From positions 1 through 64,000 of IMG/VR virus record IMGVR_UViG_3300033571_007537: a stretch of 64,000 nucleotides of DNA; one strand, 5' to 3'. Every line of letters begins with the position of its first letter. Within the stretch, counting starts at the first letter, position 1. The notes under the pieces were generated by a model. The model ran no database searches. It was not told the origin of the DNA and saw nothing but the letters and a program-made list of their open reading frames with translations. Source of the stretch: a virus. Shown here piece by piece: positions 20,227 to 30,719 of the stretch. The position numbers were made by a program, and so were the translations under genes.

Positions 20227-21348
20227 CTAAGCAGTGGTGCTGATTCTTAGATTGGCAGAGTAAATCAAAACTACTTCGTTAATTGATGGATTCCCTACGC
20301 TAGGTCTTGTAGCGTACAAGTCATAAGACCCTGGGTCAGCCATACCTAGTAGAGAAATAACATTTGAATACGGAATTGTCACAGTTATGGTATCTGTAGC
20401 AGCGTCTGTAACCACTGCGTACTCAGCGCCTAAAGTTACTGACTTAGTCTGTGACCAGTTGCGTGCAACTACGCTAGTCACCCAGTTTGGTTGACTTAAA
20501 AGGAACTGAGCTGAGATAGAAGAAAGTGGAATAGTAACGGTGCCCGGGGTGGTTCGGTTAATTACAATGTCTTTAGTGGCGTCCGCTGTGTAAACAGCTG
20601 GCTTAGGAGTGTATCGACGTGCACGAGGGACATCTGGAGTAAAGACCTTAGCCTTTGCACGAGCCTTGTCTGGGTTGACGCTCTTTAGGAAAAGGTCTAC
20701 GGCATATAGACCTGTCTTCAGTTCGTCAATAAAGTCTTGCTGGTCAAGGATTGTGTAAGACACACCCTGACGAGATACAGATGTAATACGCTGCGGCAGA
20801 GCACAGTCGTCATCGCCAGCCCAGAGTTTAGCGAACTCTAGTGCGAGTGTGCGAGCAGCCATACGACCAGCCATTGGTGGTAGAGAGCCGTAAGAATAAG
20901 TGATTTCAGTATTACAAGGTGTCCACGGGGTTCCTGCAATGATGTGAACAGTTGAGTGGTCAACTAAATAAAACTGTGATGGGTCTAAGAAAGCTCCATG
21001 CCTGTTACGGATAGAGTGAACCCTAGTAACTGGGCGTCCACGTAATTTAATTCTAGATTCTGGAGACATACCGTCAGCAGTAAGTTCTGAATACTCGTCG
21101 TAGTCCCCAGATGGAATGTTGTAGACATCTCCACCAAAAAGAACCGCAGAGTTAGTTTTTCTAGACGGCCCTAGGCGGTTGTTGCGTAGAGTACAGGTGT
21201 AGCGTTCGGTAACAGTAGTCTCGCCAGAAAACTTTCGACCAGACATAGACCACATTAAGTATGATGCAGTCTCGCAAGCCTCTTGAGCGTACTCAGTGTT
21301 TGCGTAGTCGCCCAGCTCTTCTGGCTGGACCCACAGGGATGTTCCCAT
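20227..21348 (-). CDS. Head-to-tail adaptor with C-terminal extension
   Basis: LMW.MSGRKF.G, C.LP.RITSVSRQGVS, TGL..VD.FL..VNP motifs typical of actinophage adaptors. Confidence 0.75.
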   Translation of the reverse strand: MGTSLWVQPEELGDYANTEYAQEACETASYLMWSMSGRKFSGETTVTERYTCTLRNNRLGPSRKTNSAVLFGGDVYNIPSGDYDEYSELTADGMSPESRIKLRGRPVTRVHSIRNRHGAFLDPSQFYLVDHSTVHIIAGTPWTPCNTEITYSYGSLPPMAGRMAARTLALEFAKLWAGDDDCALPQRITSVSRQGVSYTILDQQDFIDELKTGLYAVDLFLKSVNPDKARAKAKVFTPDVPRARRYTPKPAVYTADATKDIVINRTTPGTVTIPLSSISAQFLLSQPNWVTSVVARNWSQTKSVTLGAEYAVVTDAATDTITVTIPYSNVISLLGMADPGSYDLYATRPSVGNPSINEVVLIYSANLRISTTA

Positions 21349-21371
21349 GTCTAATCCTCTACCTTAGTAGT

Positions 21372-21416
21372 AAGGCGACGCGTCTTGACTTTTTAGAATC
21401 AAAACGCGCCGCCTTC
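21372..21416 (-). terminator. Hairpin after the major tail gene
   Basis: Imperfect inverted repeat AAGGCGACGCGT...ACGCGCCGCCTT. Confidence 0.45.
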
Positions 21417-21428
21417 CTTATTTGACTT

Positions 21429-22601
21429 TTAGTCCTCGTTCGACTTGATGATAAAGTCGATGTTGTTGTCTGGGTTGTAGCTAATGCTTCCAGGAGTGTT
21501 GTAGCTAGTGCTGTTTGGAGTTGAACCTGCGTACTGAGTGTCAAGTTGTGCTGACGTTACAGTTACATAAGCAGGGGCCTCGGTTAGAGCGCCAACTACA
21601 GTAATACGGCTGAACTTATCTAATGTAGCGTTAGCTGTTGCTGGAGCTGCATCTGTAAGAAGGTAAGTAAAGGTATTTGTTGATGTGTTGACGTTAGTGA
21701 TAGCAACACCTGCACTGTTGAAGGTGTAAACTCCACCAACATTTAGGCTGGTGTTGAATACGTCTCCAGCACCAGAAACAGTGACGAAGTCACCGTTGGT
21801 GAGGCTTGAAGCAGCTACGTTGCTCATGTGTACTGTAGCAAGTTGGCTACCGCTAGTAGCAACAACGTTAGTAACAGTAACGGCAGTTGCACCTTGGATA
21901 CCACTCTTTGTGAAGAAGATAGCTTCAGGAGTTGCAACGTCAGACCAAGTGTAGAAGCCCTTTAGACCCTGCGGAGCCCATGAGCCGCGTGCGTATGAGT
22001 ATGGACGCTCTGCTGCTACTGGGAACTCCCAGCGACCATCTGGACCAGCACCGAATAGTGCGTTTCCTAGACCGTAGCCTTCGAATGTGTTAGCTAGCAT
22101 ACCGTTTTCAATTACACGGTCGCCAGACTGACGGAACTTAGCGTATGGGAATACCCAGTGGAAGTAAGGTAGGCTAGCTGCACGCTTTCCATCCTTAACT
22201 GCGTGTGACCAAACTTCAACGGCTACACCGTTACCAGCTGGGTCATCGCCAACGCCCGGAGCTGCCCAACCGATTGACTTAACTTCTCCACCAACAGTCT
22301 TACGAAGTAGTAGACCGCCTGATAGAAGCTGAGATAGTTCAGGGTCTGGCTCACAGATAGCGAGTTCCATGGTGATACGCTTTAGTACGTCTGGTGCCTT
22401 GTATGACACACAGATAACGCCGTTAGCGCCTTTTTCTACGATTTCTTCGCCCTCTTCATATTCTGGGGTGAAAGAAACACGCATGAAAGCCGAAGTAACA
22501 TAACTGTCACCAGGCTCGTTTAGCAGGTTTCCAGCAGCATCGAGACGAGTGACACGAATTGACACACCCTGAATGCTTGCTGCATAGTCTTGAGTAGGCA
22601 T
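21429..22601 (-). CDS. Major tail protein with C-terminal accessory domain
   Basis: RVTRLD..G, P.YEEGEE, C..DPEL, EVWS, Y.HWVFP motifs. Confidence 0.85.
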   Translation of the reverse strand: MPTQDYAASIQGVSIRVTRLDAAGNLLNEPGDSYVTSAFMRVSFTPEYEEGEEIVEKGANGVICVSYKAPDVLKRITMELAICEPDPELSQLLSGGLLLRKTVGGEVKSIGWAAPGVGDDPAGNGVAVEVWSHAVKDGKRAASLPYFHWVFPYAKFRQSGDRVIENGMLANTFEGYGLGNALFGAGPDGRWEFPVAAERPYSYARGSWAPQGLKGFYTWSDVATPEAIFFTKSGIQGATAVTVTNVVATSGSQLATVHMSNVAASSLTNGDFVTVSGAGDVFNTSLNVGGVYTFNSAGVAITNVNTSTNTFTYLLTDAAPATANATLDKFSRITVVGALTEAPAYVTVTSAQLDTQYAGSTPNSTSYNTPGSISYNPDNNIDFIIKSNED

Positions 22602-22634
22602 TACCTATTCTCCTTAATGGTTGTTGTTTATACT

Positions 22635-23726
22635 TTACGCAGTCAAGTCGACGCGTACAGCTAGGTGGATGGATGTGTCGAAGTAAACCGCAGCAGGGCG
22701 GATTGCCTTCAACCTCATGTCATTTTGATTTCCCGACACATCGTAAGCTTGCGCTAGATTGTCGTTTACGACATCAATATCGCCCACATAAGTGCGGACA
22801 GTTCCTGTGCCGTAAATCCATTTTGCAGAGTTGGTTCCCAACTGCTGAATATAACCAGTTACCGCTTCTTGTGAACGGTTAGTGGCGCTTGCAATAGTAA
22901 TTGTTACTGTGTCAGCGTCGACTTTAGTAACGACTGCTGTAGAAGTAGAAGACTGGTCGATGTTTGCTCCGACAACAGAGTAGCGAACAGTGTCACCTGC
23001 AAGTAGGTAGTGGTCGCCCGCTGTGTTGATAGTCAGCGTAGTGTTGCTAGTAATGCTTGCAGTAGCAGCAGCAATGCGAGGACCGTTACCTGTGTAACCG
23101 CCACCAACAACAACAGGTGTTCCACCCATAGTTTGTAGGTGGTCTTTTTCGGTTTCGTGGAAAAGCATGTTTGAGTTGCTTGAAAGAAGTGCAACTACAT
23201 CGCGGGTTGCGTGAATAACTCCCTGCTCACCAGCGTCTGATGCCTGACCAATACCGTTTTCTAGAATTGCCAAAGCACGTCTTGCTGTAAGCCCTGTACC
23301 ATCAAGCACAGTAACGCCAGAAGAAACTAAAGCGCGGTTAGGGTGGCCTTCGCCAATTCGGATAGCTCCGTCCCAGAGTTCCTGCTCCAAACCATGCTGA
23401 GTGATAGCCTCAAGCTGACGCTTGATACGCTCAATGCGGTCTAGTCCTAGGAAGCCTAGACCAGAGCGAAGTTCTTCCGCTTCAATAAAGAAAGGGTCAA
23501 TCTTAGTAAAGTAGTTAGGGACACCCGCAATTACAACTACAGAACTAGTAGTGTCAGTGTCATCCCAGTTTTTTGCTGCATAGAGTTCGGTCTCATACTC
23601 CTGTGAAAAACCACGAACCCACATATCCTCATCAGCTGAGTTTTCAGGCTTAATTACGGCAAGTAAGCCAAAAGCGGAGGGCACAATCTTTGGTGCCTCT
23701 ACAACGCCATTCTTTGGGAAAGCCAT
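22635..23726 (-). CDS. Second capsid protein (pentamer-type) with an inserted repeat domain
   Basis: Follows the major capsid gene; P...P.AFGLL N-terminus, GVIH, GTPVVVG.GY, WIYGTG motifs like the pentamer proteins of two-capsid-protein actinophages. Confidence 0.65.
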   Translation of the reverse strand: MAFPKNGVVEAPKIVPSAFGLLAVIKPENSADEDMWVRGFSQEYETELYAAKNWDDTDTTSSVVVIAGVPNYFTKIDPFFIEAEELRSGLGFLGLDRIERIKRQLEAITQHGLEQELWDGAIRIGEGHPNRALVSSGVTVLDGTGLTARRALAILENGIGQASDAGEQGVIHATRDVVALLSSNSNMLFHETEKDHLQTMGGTPVVVGGGYTGNGPRIAAATASITSNTTLTINTAGDHYLLAGDTVRYSVVGANIDQSSTSTAVVTKVDADTVTITIASATNRSQEAVTGYIQQLGTNSAKWIYGTGTVRTYVGDIDVVNDNLAQAYDVSGNQNDMRLKAIRPAAVYFDTSIHLAVRVDLTA

Positions 23727-23757
23727 TTGAAATCCTTAAAAGTTTAAAGTCTTGAAA

Positions 23758-23803
23758 CCTGTGGTAAGGGTGACCTCCGAAGAGGCCACCCCACCGACAA
23801 GGG
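23758..23803 (-). terminator. Hairpin between the two capsid genes
   Basis: GGGTGACCTC-CGAA-GAGGCCACCC stem (UUCG loop on the minus strand); may set hexamer:pentamer stoichiometry. Confidence 0.55.
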
Positions 23804-23817
23804 GTTTATCGAGAGGT

Positions 23818-25830
23818 TTAGAGCTCGATAGTTGCGGCAGCAGTGTTGCCAGTTGTGTCGCGTAGAGCAGCAGCCACACCGTTGACGTTGATAGTCGAGG
23901 TTACAGCTAGTGACTCAATTCCGACCTTAGCGACGTTCTCGAATGTTTCGATGAACATCTTGTAGTCGTTTGTACCAACCAGTGATGAGTCACGGATGAT
24001 ACCTAGGTCAAGTGTTCCACCGTCTAGGAACAAGAATGTTCCCTCAGCGAATAGGTACCACTTGAAGGTGTCTGGGAACTCTAGAAGTGCAGCTGCACCC
24101 TGAGCACCGAATACACCGTTTGCTGAGCTGTCGTCGTAGTGTGCTACTACGTCAACGTTTAGGTTACCTAGGTAGCCATCGATTTCAGACTTTGAAACAG
24201 ATAGGGTACCATCGCCAGGCATTGATAGAGCCAAGTCAGCTGCCATTGCGTCATATACCCAGTTAGGGATGATTAGCTTCAAGCGTGACTGTGGGTCAAT
24301 GCGGTGACGTGAACGGTAAGCAGTTGCAGCGCGACGAACCTGTACTAGGAAGTCACGACCGAAACCGATTAGGTTCGAGGTTGTTACAGCTGTTGAACCT
24401 GCTGAAATCTTGGCAAGCAAGTTGTCTTCAGCTTCACGAGCGTGCTGTACTAGAGCTAGCTCGTTGTGGCGAGCGATTAGTTCTGGGTATGCACGGGTCA
24501 TTAGGTTACCGAACTGTAGCTGTAGAGTTACAGCGTCTGTTGAGACGGTGTTTTCCTGAGCTGCAGTTACTGTAAGTGAGGTTTTGACGTTTGAGTAAGG
24601 AGCTGTGTCAGTTGCAGCAGTCCATACACCAACGGCGTTTGCGTAGTCACCACCAGCGAAAGTTGGTGGAGTTACGAAACGGATACCACCACGGTCAGCC
24701 TGGAAGCGAGGCAAAGCATCGCGAACTGGGCGTACAGTGGTTGAACCGATTGCGTAGATGTCATACTTAACCTCGAATGGCGCAGCGTGGCCACCAGAAG
24801 CAACAAGTGCCTGTGTGCCTGATACTGCGTTAATCTTAGCCATGTTTGACTCAGCGTCGGTTGATAGAGTGCGTGCCTCTGGGTACGCGGTGGTTACAGA
24901 TGCAACGATGTGCTGCTCTCCGTCTCCTCCGTTGACGCGACGAAGCGAGTGGATACGCTTTTCCATAGCCGAAGCTACTTCGTACATGTCGTTGATTGTG
25001 CTGCCTGCTGTGTAGCCAGGGATGTCAGCGCCTGCAGTGATTGCCACTGGTGCTGTCTCTACTACCTGAACTACAGGCTGACGGTCAGCTGGAGCCTCGA
25101 AAGACTGTTCTGCTGGAGTGGTCACTGGGGCCTGCTCTTCCTGCTCTTCTGGAGCAATTGGGGTTTCTGGTTCGATTGATTCCTCGACAACTTCCTCAAC
25201 AACCTCTTCTGATGCATCTGCAACAATAGGGGCTTCTTCGGTAGCTGGTTCGGCAACAGGCTCTTCGCCTGCTGGTTCTTCAGAAGTAGCGATTTCGCCA
25301 GCTTCTTCGGTAGAAAGCTCTGGGCTTTCCTCAACCGAAAGCTCAACACTCTCGGTGGTTGCGATTGATAGTTCAGTAGCTTCTACTGATTCAATTGACG
25401 CTGTCGCAGTTTCAGAAGAATATTCCATTTCTCCATCCTTCTTCTTCTTCATGTCGCCCATTTCCATCTCCTCTTTAGGAGTTTCTTCGGCTTCATCTTC
25501 AGAAGGTTCTGGAGATTCGGTAGGTGCTTCAGCAGGAGTTTCCTCTGCTGGTAGCATCTCTTCTTCAACTGGGACGTCCTCGCCTTTTACGCGCATAGCG
25601 GCCTCGGAGGCTCGCGCAGCAAGCTCCTCGGCGGCTGCCTCGCGACGCTTTGACTCTCCGCGAACGGTGTCAAGCATATCGGCAAGCGACGTCATAGCGT
25701 CAACTGTCTCTGCAGTAGGGTCCTGTGTTTCAACCGTTTCAAATTCGCTGATAATAGCTGTCTGAAGCTCAGCGATTGCTTCATCGCTTAGCTCTGACAG
25801 GTTATCAACCTGCGATTTAATTTGGTCCAC
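23818..25830 (-). CDS. Major capsid (hexamer-type) protein with acidic N-terminal scaffold region
   Basis: Helical then E/P-rich N-terminus, AITAGADIPG, LVASGG, RGGIRF, LDLGIIRDS.L..TNDY; AGGAGG RBS and GTG start. Confidence 0.85.
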   Translation of the reverse strand: MDQIKSQVDNLSELSDEAIAELQTAIISEFETVETQDPTAETVDAMTSLADMLDTVRGESKRREAAAEELAARASEAAMRVKGEDVPVEEEMLPAEETPAEAPTESPEPSEDEAEETPKEEMEMGDMKKKKDGEMEYSSETATASIESVEATELSIATTESVELSVEESPELSTEEAGEIATSEEPAGEEPVAEPATEEAPIVADASEEVVEEVVEESIEPETPIAPEEQEEQAPVTTPAEQSFEAPADRQPVVQVVETAPVAITAGADIPGYTAGSTINDMYEVASAMEKRIHSLRRVNGGDGEQHIVASVTTAYPEARTLSTDAESNMAKINAVSGTQALVASGGHAAPFEVKYDIYAIGSTTVRPVRDALPRFQADRGGIRFVTPPTFAGGDYANAVGVWTAATDTAPYSNVKTSLTVTAAQENTVSTDAVTLQLQFGNLMTRAYPELIARHNELALVQHAREAEDNLLAKISAGSTAVTTSNLIGFGRDFLVQVRRAATAYRSRHRIDPQSRLKLIIPNWVYDAMAADLALSMPGDGTLSVSKSEIDGYLGNLNVDVVAHYDDSSANGVFGAQGAAALLEFPDTFKWYLFAEGTFLFLDGGTLDLGIIRDSSLVGTNDYKMFIETFENVAKVGIESLAVTSTINVNGVAAALRDTTGNTAAATIEL

Positions 25831-25970
25831 TGGTCCTCCTTAGGACTAGTTCTATGAGGGACTCTCCCTCACTTGCTGTTCGGTCCAAGGCAAGGGACTT
25901 CATGCGCGATTGCATGGAGGCACTCCACCTAGGTTTATTTTACAATAGATTTAGGTAGTCTATTGTAAAA

Positions 25971-28900
25971 CTAAGTAAGAAGTCTGAGCAATTTACTCAT
26001 CTGAGATGAGATTTCTGCCTGACTGTAGACGTCGCTACCAGACTTAAAAGCACGAAGCTCCGCAGTCGCGATATCGGCATCTTCCTTACCAATTTTCTTC
26101 TCCACACGCTCAATCATGTCATCCATGAGGTTAGATAGTGCAGGAGGAAGGTCACTGTATTTGAGCTTTCGTGCTTGGTTACCAAACCCGAGTGGCAGGT
26201 TAGCGATAACCTTGCCTAGCTCAGCTGCTGAAGTACGAACGTTCTCCAGCGAAACTTTATTTAGGGCACCAGAATCTAGGCGGTCCACGATGTCGAGCAG
26301 CTTTCCAGCAGCGTTAGCCGATGCAGTATAGTCACCTACTTCGTGTAGGCCCTCTACATACTTAGCTTCTTCGACAATGTTTTGTAGACCAGCTACACCT
26401 AGGTCCTGCTTTAGACGAGCAAGAACCTTACGGAACTTGCCAGCCTCATCACGCGGTTGAGTCTTTCCAGGAACATACTTACCATCGACCATCTGACCAT
26501 CGAGGTCTGTTGATTCATCAACAACATCAATCTCGTCTGGAGTGTCAGTAATTTCTTCTGGAGTTACAGGCTCAACCGCATCAGCTTTTCCCGAGACATC
26601 ACCCTGAGGGGTTGGTGTCGGAGTTGGCGTAGGGTTTCCCATAATTGGGTTGCCGTTCTTATCTAGCATTGGCTCGCCATTCTCATCAAGAATTGGCTGC
26701 ATCTCTACTGGAGCGGCTACTACGGCTGAAAGCACTGAAGCAGTTAGGCGCATAGAATCTAGCTTGGAGTTAAACTCTGCGTTAGCAGCGTCCTTCCATT
26801 CCTGAGGAACTAGGTTGCTACGCTTTAGCTGACGTGCTCGCTTGATAATGAAGTTACGTACTGCTGCACGCTTACCTTCTTTAGCACGACCGTATGCGTG
26901 AATAGCATTCTTTAGGTCGTCCTCATTACGAATCGGGAACGAACCATCTGGAAGTGCCTTACCCTCTTGTGCAAGAGACTTACGCTCACGTCTAGAGATG
27001 TTAGCAAACTCGTCGTCGTAAGAGAATACAGAGTCAATCTTTGATGATAACTCGGCTACTCGAGCTGAAAGTTCAGCATTCTTCTGGGCTTTTACCTCAG
27101 CAAAAAGTGCTTTGGCAGACTCAGAACGAGTGTTCAATTCAGCCGTAGTAAAGGTCTCAAGGCGGGCAAGGCGCTCGTTAAGCTCGGTTAGAGGGTCACT
27201 CTTCATCTTTGCTAGCATCTGAGCACCAGCAGCAACAAGAGCCATAACCTGACCAGAAGCAACCATTGCACGAGCAATAGGGAATCCGGGAACGTTTACC
27301 TGACATACAGCAACAAGTTCTAGTGAGCCACGGATTGGACGCCAGTCACCTGAAGGAGCAGATGCACGAACTGCACGAACCTGCTCAGGGGTAATACCCG
27401 GACGTAGTGAGCCAGAGACCCAAATACCATAAGCGTCTTCGCCTGCGTGAACATCAGCAAAAGCTGAGGCTGTGTCGTCGTAGTGCTTAGCGGCTTGCTG
27501 AGCACTTGCGTGTAGTGGAGCGTGTCCACCTGCAAGGGTTAGTTGCCCTACTGGTACATCGGTTCCATCGGAGGTGCGAACTACACCTGAGTGGAAGTAT
27601 GCATACTTACTCTTTGAACGTGGCGGCTTTGTGCCTCCAGCCATTCCGATGTGGTCGACGTGCCAAGCGGCAATGTGTCCAAAGACTTTACCATCGTCGG
27701 TGACAGTTAGAGGTGTCGCCTTGGTTAGCTTAGGGTTGTCGAACCATTCGGTAGGTGGAGTTAGTGGAATAGCACCAGCAACGTATCCGCAAGCTACAAT
27801 AGCTGCGGCATCTGCCGGGTCCACTTCTTCCGCGTAGACTCCATCTGGAATCACGATATCCTCCTGTGGTGGGGTGGTTGGTTCCTCTTCTAAGAGGAAG
27901 ATTTGGCATTCTTGAAATGCTGGCTTCGGTACTATTGTAGCAGCCATTACGCGTGCTTTATTTATAACAAGTTTGTCTTTTTTGACATCTTTGCTATCTG
28001 ATGCTTCTTTTGCTTCTTCTGCTTCAAACTGGTCCATATCCGCAGAAACTCCACGGATAAAGCCATTACGAACTAGACGCTCAGCCTCTTTACCGTAAAC
28101 ACCTGAATCGAAGACTCCGAAAGCATTTCCGATACCGTTTTCGGTTCTTTCCATGCGGTCGATACGACCAACCACAACAGAGCCCATGTGGCCATCAGAA
28201 GTTTTAATCTGCCATAGCAGAGGCAAAGGCATCTCTCTCATTGTGATTGAGCCCTTACGGAACTTGCGTCCATCTCCAGACTCGATTCCCTCAGGGATAA
28301 CTAGAGGAATAGAGAACGCTGAGCCATAGCTGTCAAGCCCGCTAGCGGTGATTCCACTGATTCGGTCTTTGGCATCTTGGATGCGAGCATCACGAGTTGC
28401 AAGCTCGATGACGTGGTTAGTAGCGTTTAGAGATTCGTTGCTGAAAGACGCACTGCTAGTTAGTCCACGCTTACGCTTTGATAGTTGGCGGTTACGCTTG
28501 TCGCCCGGCCAAACACCATTAACTTCCTTGTGACGTAGAGCACAGTAACCTTTTGCACGAGGACCTAGGTACTTGCCGAGCTGACGAACACAGCGGGTCC
28601 AGTCGCCCGGAGTTCCCCAGCGAATCTTGGCAGCACCTTTACCGCGAGTCCAATAACGGCGAAGCTCTTCGGCGTTTCCTCTGTTGCGGTCTGCACCACC
28701 AGCAGCGGTGATAGAACTTTCAATGAAGCTCATTAAATCTTGGCTAGGTCCCCACAAAACCATAAACGCTTGGTCAGGATTGTAGCCAGCTGAAGCTAGG
28801 ACGCCATCAACCTGCTTTAGAACATCCTGAAGACTTGCCTCATCTAGAGCAATAGTCGGAGGAGGAGTTGCTGACTTCATGTCAGTAAGAATGTTTTCCG

Positions 28901-30698
28901 CACGGACCCACTTCTGGTCAGCACGACGGTAGGTCATTGGGGCAGTTGATTTGTTGCTAGCAGGAACTAAAGCAACTAGGTCAAGTACGGCACGAGGGTC
29001 GTCTTCAGCAACAATAACCATGTATAGAGGCTGGACATCTGAGGTGTCAGGGTTTACTTCGCGCTCTGGCTCTGAATCATTTTCAGTAGCGAACACTGGT
29101 TTTGCCCAAGCTTCGTTTGCTTCTACAGATTCAGAAGCAGTTTTTTTACGCTTCAGTTTCTTTAGAAGTTCGTGCTCGCCCTTAGGCTCTTCTGCAGATG
29201 ACACCATCGGGTCAGGCTTAAAAGATTCACGCTGCTCACGAACCCAAGTGTCCCAGTTGTAAAGAACATCGTGTAAGTCCTTGGTGCTCATTGGAGGTAG
29301 AGTTCCAGGCAGATGAGCCTTCGGTTGGTCAATAGGTGTGCGAGGCTCACCGAGGATTCCAGATGTATCTAGTGGAGCATCAAAGTCCGACTGGGCAGAA
29401 GTAGGGCGTAGGTTTGGCTCTTCAGCTTGACCACCTTCTCCCTCATTCTGAACAAGCTTAGGGTCAACGTTTACTTCGTTTCCGTTGTCAAGCTTGACCT
29501 TCAAAGTTCCATCTGGGTTAAGACCTGAAGAAGTTCCTGCAGCCCTAGGGTCTCCACCAATGGTGACTCTACCGTTGTTAGGGATAAACTTACCGAAAGC
29601 ATCACGTGCTTGGCTAGCTGCTCTTTGAGCACGTTCTTCTGGAGTATCAATTCCATCACCAGACGAAGTAGCCTTTTCAAAAGACTCTCCAGCAGCAATG
29701 ATTGCCTTGTCCATAAATGCCCAGTCGACGTCGTGCATGTGCTGAGACATAAGCTCTGCTTCATCGCGGTCGATGTCAAAGATAGAGATGTTAACGTGAG
29801 GTGCCTGCTCTAAACGGGCAGCAATAATAATCGCAGACTCGGGGTCAATCTCAATGTGAGACTTTTCAACTGTGTCGTATGGGTCATCGAGAGCTTTGTC
29901 GTAGGTCCAAACATCTCCATCAAGAGAGGCTAGGTCTTCCCAAATACCGTCGTCCCAAACATAGACGCGACCATCGACATCTACTTTGTATAGACGGTCA
30001 ATACCAGAGCCGTCCATGCGGACACGGGCTACAAACTCTGGACCACGTGCAACATCAAATGTGTAGGCTTCTTTGAAAGATTCAAGAGGGTCAGAGCCCT
30101 CATAAAAAACTGATTCAGACTCACTAAGGCCAGATGCTTTTAGAGCCTTCTTCTTGTTGTTTTCGGTTTCAACAATGTCAGCAGCCCAACGCCAAGCGGG
30201 GTTCCCGCCCCACAAGGCCCACGCGATTCGTCCGTTGCTTGGGAAGTTATCTTCTCCCGGAGACCAGCCTTTACCCTTTTTGTCTACTTCGTGACGAGGA
30301 AAATACTTAGCGATGTGGCGTACCTTCTCGATGCCAATCTGCCCGCCCTTGGCAAGAGTGCGAGCAGTGTTCAAGCCAACAGGGGTTCCACCACGTTTGT
30401 GCTCTTTACGCCACTTCAAAGCCTTAATAGCCTCTGCTTGGGCAGCTTTTGGAATTGTGTACTTACGGGCACCAGCAGCGACGATTGGGGACTGGACGTA
30501 GATTGCCAGTGCAGACGCTGTTAGGGTTTCAAGTTCTTCGGTTAGTACGTAGTCAGTCGACTCCCACTTGCGTGCACCCTGTAGGGTTGCGAGAGACCCG
30601 CCCTCAACAATGATGTTGAAGTCAGTGTCAAGCACTACAGCGTTGCTCCCATCGGTGATAAGAGCTAGCGAGTCAGTAAGACCAACGACTTTTGGCAT
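25971..30698 (-). CDS. Multidomain capsid maturation protease / scaffold polyprotein
   Basis: Protease core (EG.ESGDGR, LPLLWQ...GH, GVSAD) plus a RH...PSNGRIAWALWGG domain, an LRRYW...KIRWGTPGD..RC domain and an ALPDGSFPI domain. Confidence 0.8.
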   Translation of the reverse strand: MPKVVGLTDSLALITDGSNAVVLDTDFNIIVEGGSLATLQGARKWESTDYVLTEELETLTASALAIYVQSPIVAAGARKYTIPKAAQAEAIKALKWRKEHKRGGTPVGLNTARTLAKGGQIGIEKVRHIAKYFPRHEVDKKGKGWSPGEDNFPSNGRIAWALWGGNPAWRWAADIVETENNKKKALKASGLSESESVFYEGSDPLESFKEAYTFDVARGPEFVARVRMDGSGIDRLYKVDVDGRVYVWDDGIWEDLASLDGDVWTYDKALDDPYDTVEKSHIEIDPESAIIIAARLEQAPHVNISIFDIDRDEAELMSQHMHDVDWAFMDKAIIAAGESFEKATSSGDGIDTPEERAQRAASQARDAFGKFIPNNGRVTIGGDPRAAGTSSGLNPDGTLKVKLDNGNEVNVDPKLVQNEGEGGQAEEPNLRPTSAQSDFDAPLDTSGILGEPRTPIDQPKAHLPGTLPPMSTKDLHDVLYNWDTWVREQRESFKPDPMVSSAEEPKGEHELLKKLKRKKTASESVEANEAWAKPVFATENDSEPEREVNPDTSDVQPLYMVIVAEDDPRAVLDLVALVPASNKSTAPMTYRRADQKWVRAENILTDMKSATPPPTIALDEASLQDVLKQVDGVLASAGYNPDQAFMVLWGPSQDLMSFIESSITAAGGADRNRGNAEELRRYWTRGKGAAKIRWGTPGDWTRCVRQLGKYLGPRAKGYCALRHKEVNGVWPGDKRNRQLSKRKRGLTSSASFSNESLNATNHVIELATRDARIQDAKDRISGITASGLDSYGSAFSIPLVIPEGIESGDGRKFRKGSITMREMPLPLLWQIKTSDGHMGSVVVGRIDRMERTENGIGNAFGVFDSGVYGKEAERLVRNGFIRGVSADMDQFEAEEAKEASDSKDVKKDKLVINKARVMAATIVPKPAFQECQIFLLEEEPTTPPQEDIVIPDGVYAEEVDPADAAAIVACGYVAGAIPLTPPTEWFDNPKLTKATPLTVTDDGKVFGHIAAWHVDHIGMAGGTKPPRSKSKYAYFHSGVVRTSDGTDVPVGQLTLAGGHAPLHASAQQAAKHYDDTASAFADVHAGEDAYGIWVSGSLRPGITPEQVRAVRASAPSGDWRPIRGSLELVAVCQVNVPGFPIARAMVASGQVMALVAAGAQMLAKMKSDPLTELNERLARLETFTTAELNTRSESAKALFAEVKAQKNAELSARVAELSSKIDSVFSYDDEFANISRRERKSLAQEGKALPDGSFPIRNEDDLKNAIHAYGRAKEGKRAAVRNFIIKRARQLKRSNLVPQEWKDAANAEFNSKLDSMRLTASVLSAVVAAPVEMQPILDENGEPMLDKNGNPIMGNPTPTPTPTPQGDVSGKADAVEPVTPEEITDTPDEIDVVDESTDLDGQMVDGKYVPGKTQPRDEAGKFRKVLARLKQDLGVAGLQNIVEEAKYVEGLHEVGDYTASANAAGKLLDIVDRLDSGALNKVSLENVRTSAAELGKVIANLPLGFGNQARKLKYSDLPPALSNLMDDMIERVEKKIGKEDADIATAELRAFKSGSDVYSQAEISSQMSKLLRLLT

Positions 30699-30719
30699 AA
30701 GTAAAACCTTTAGAGTTAA

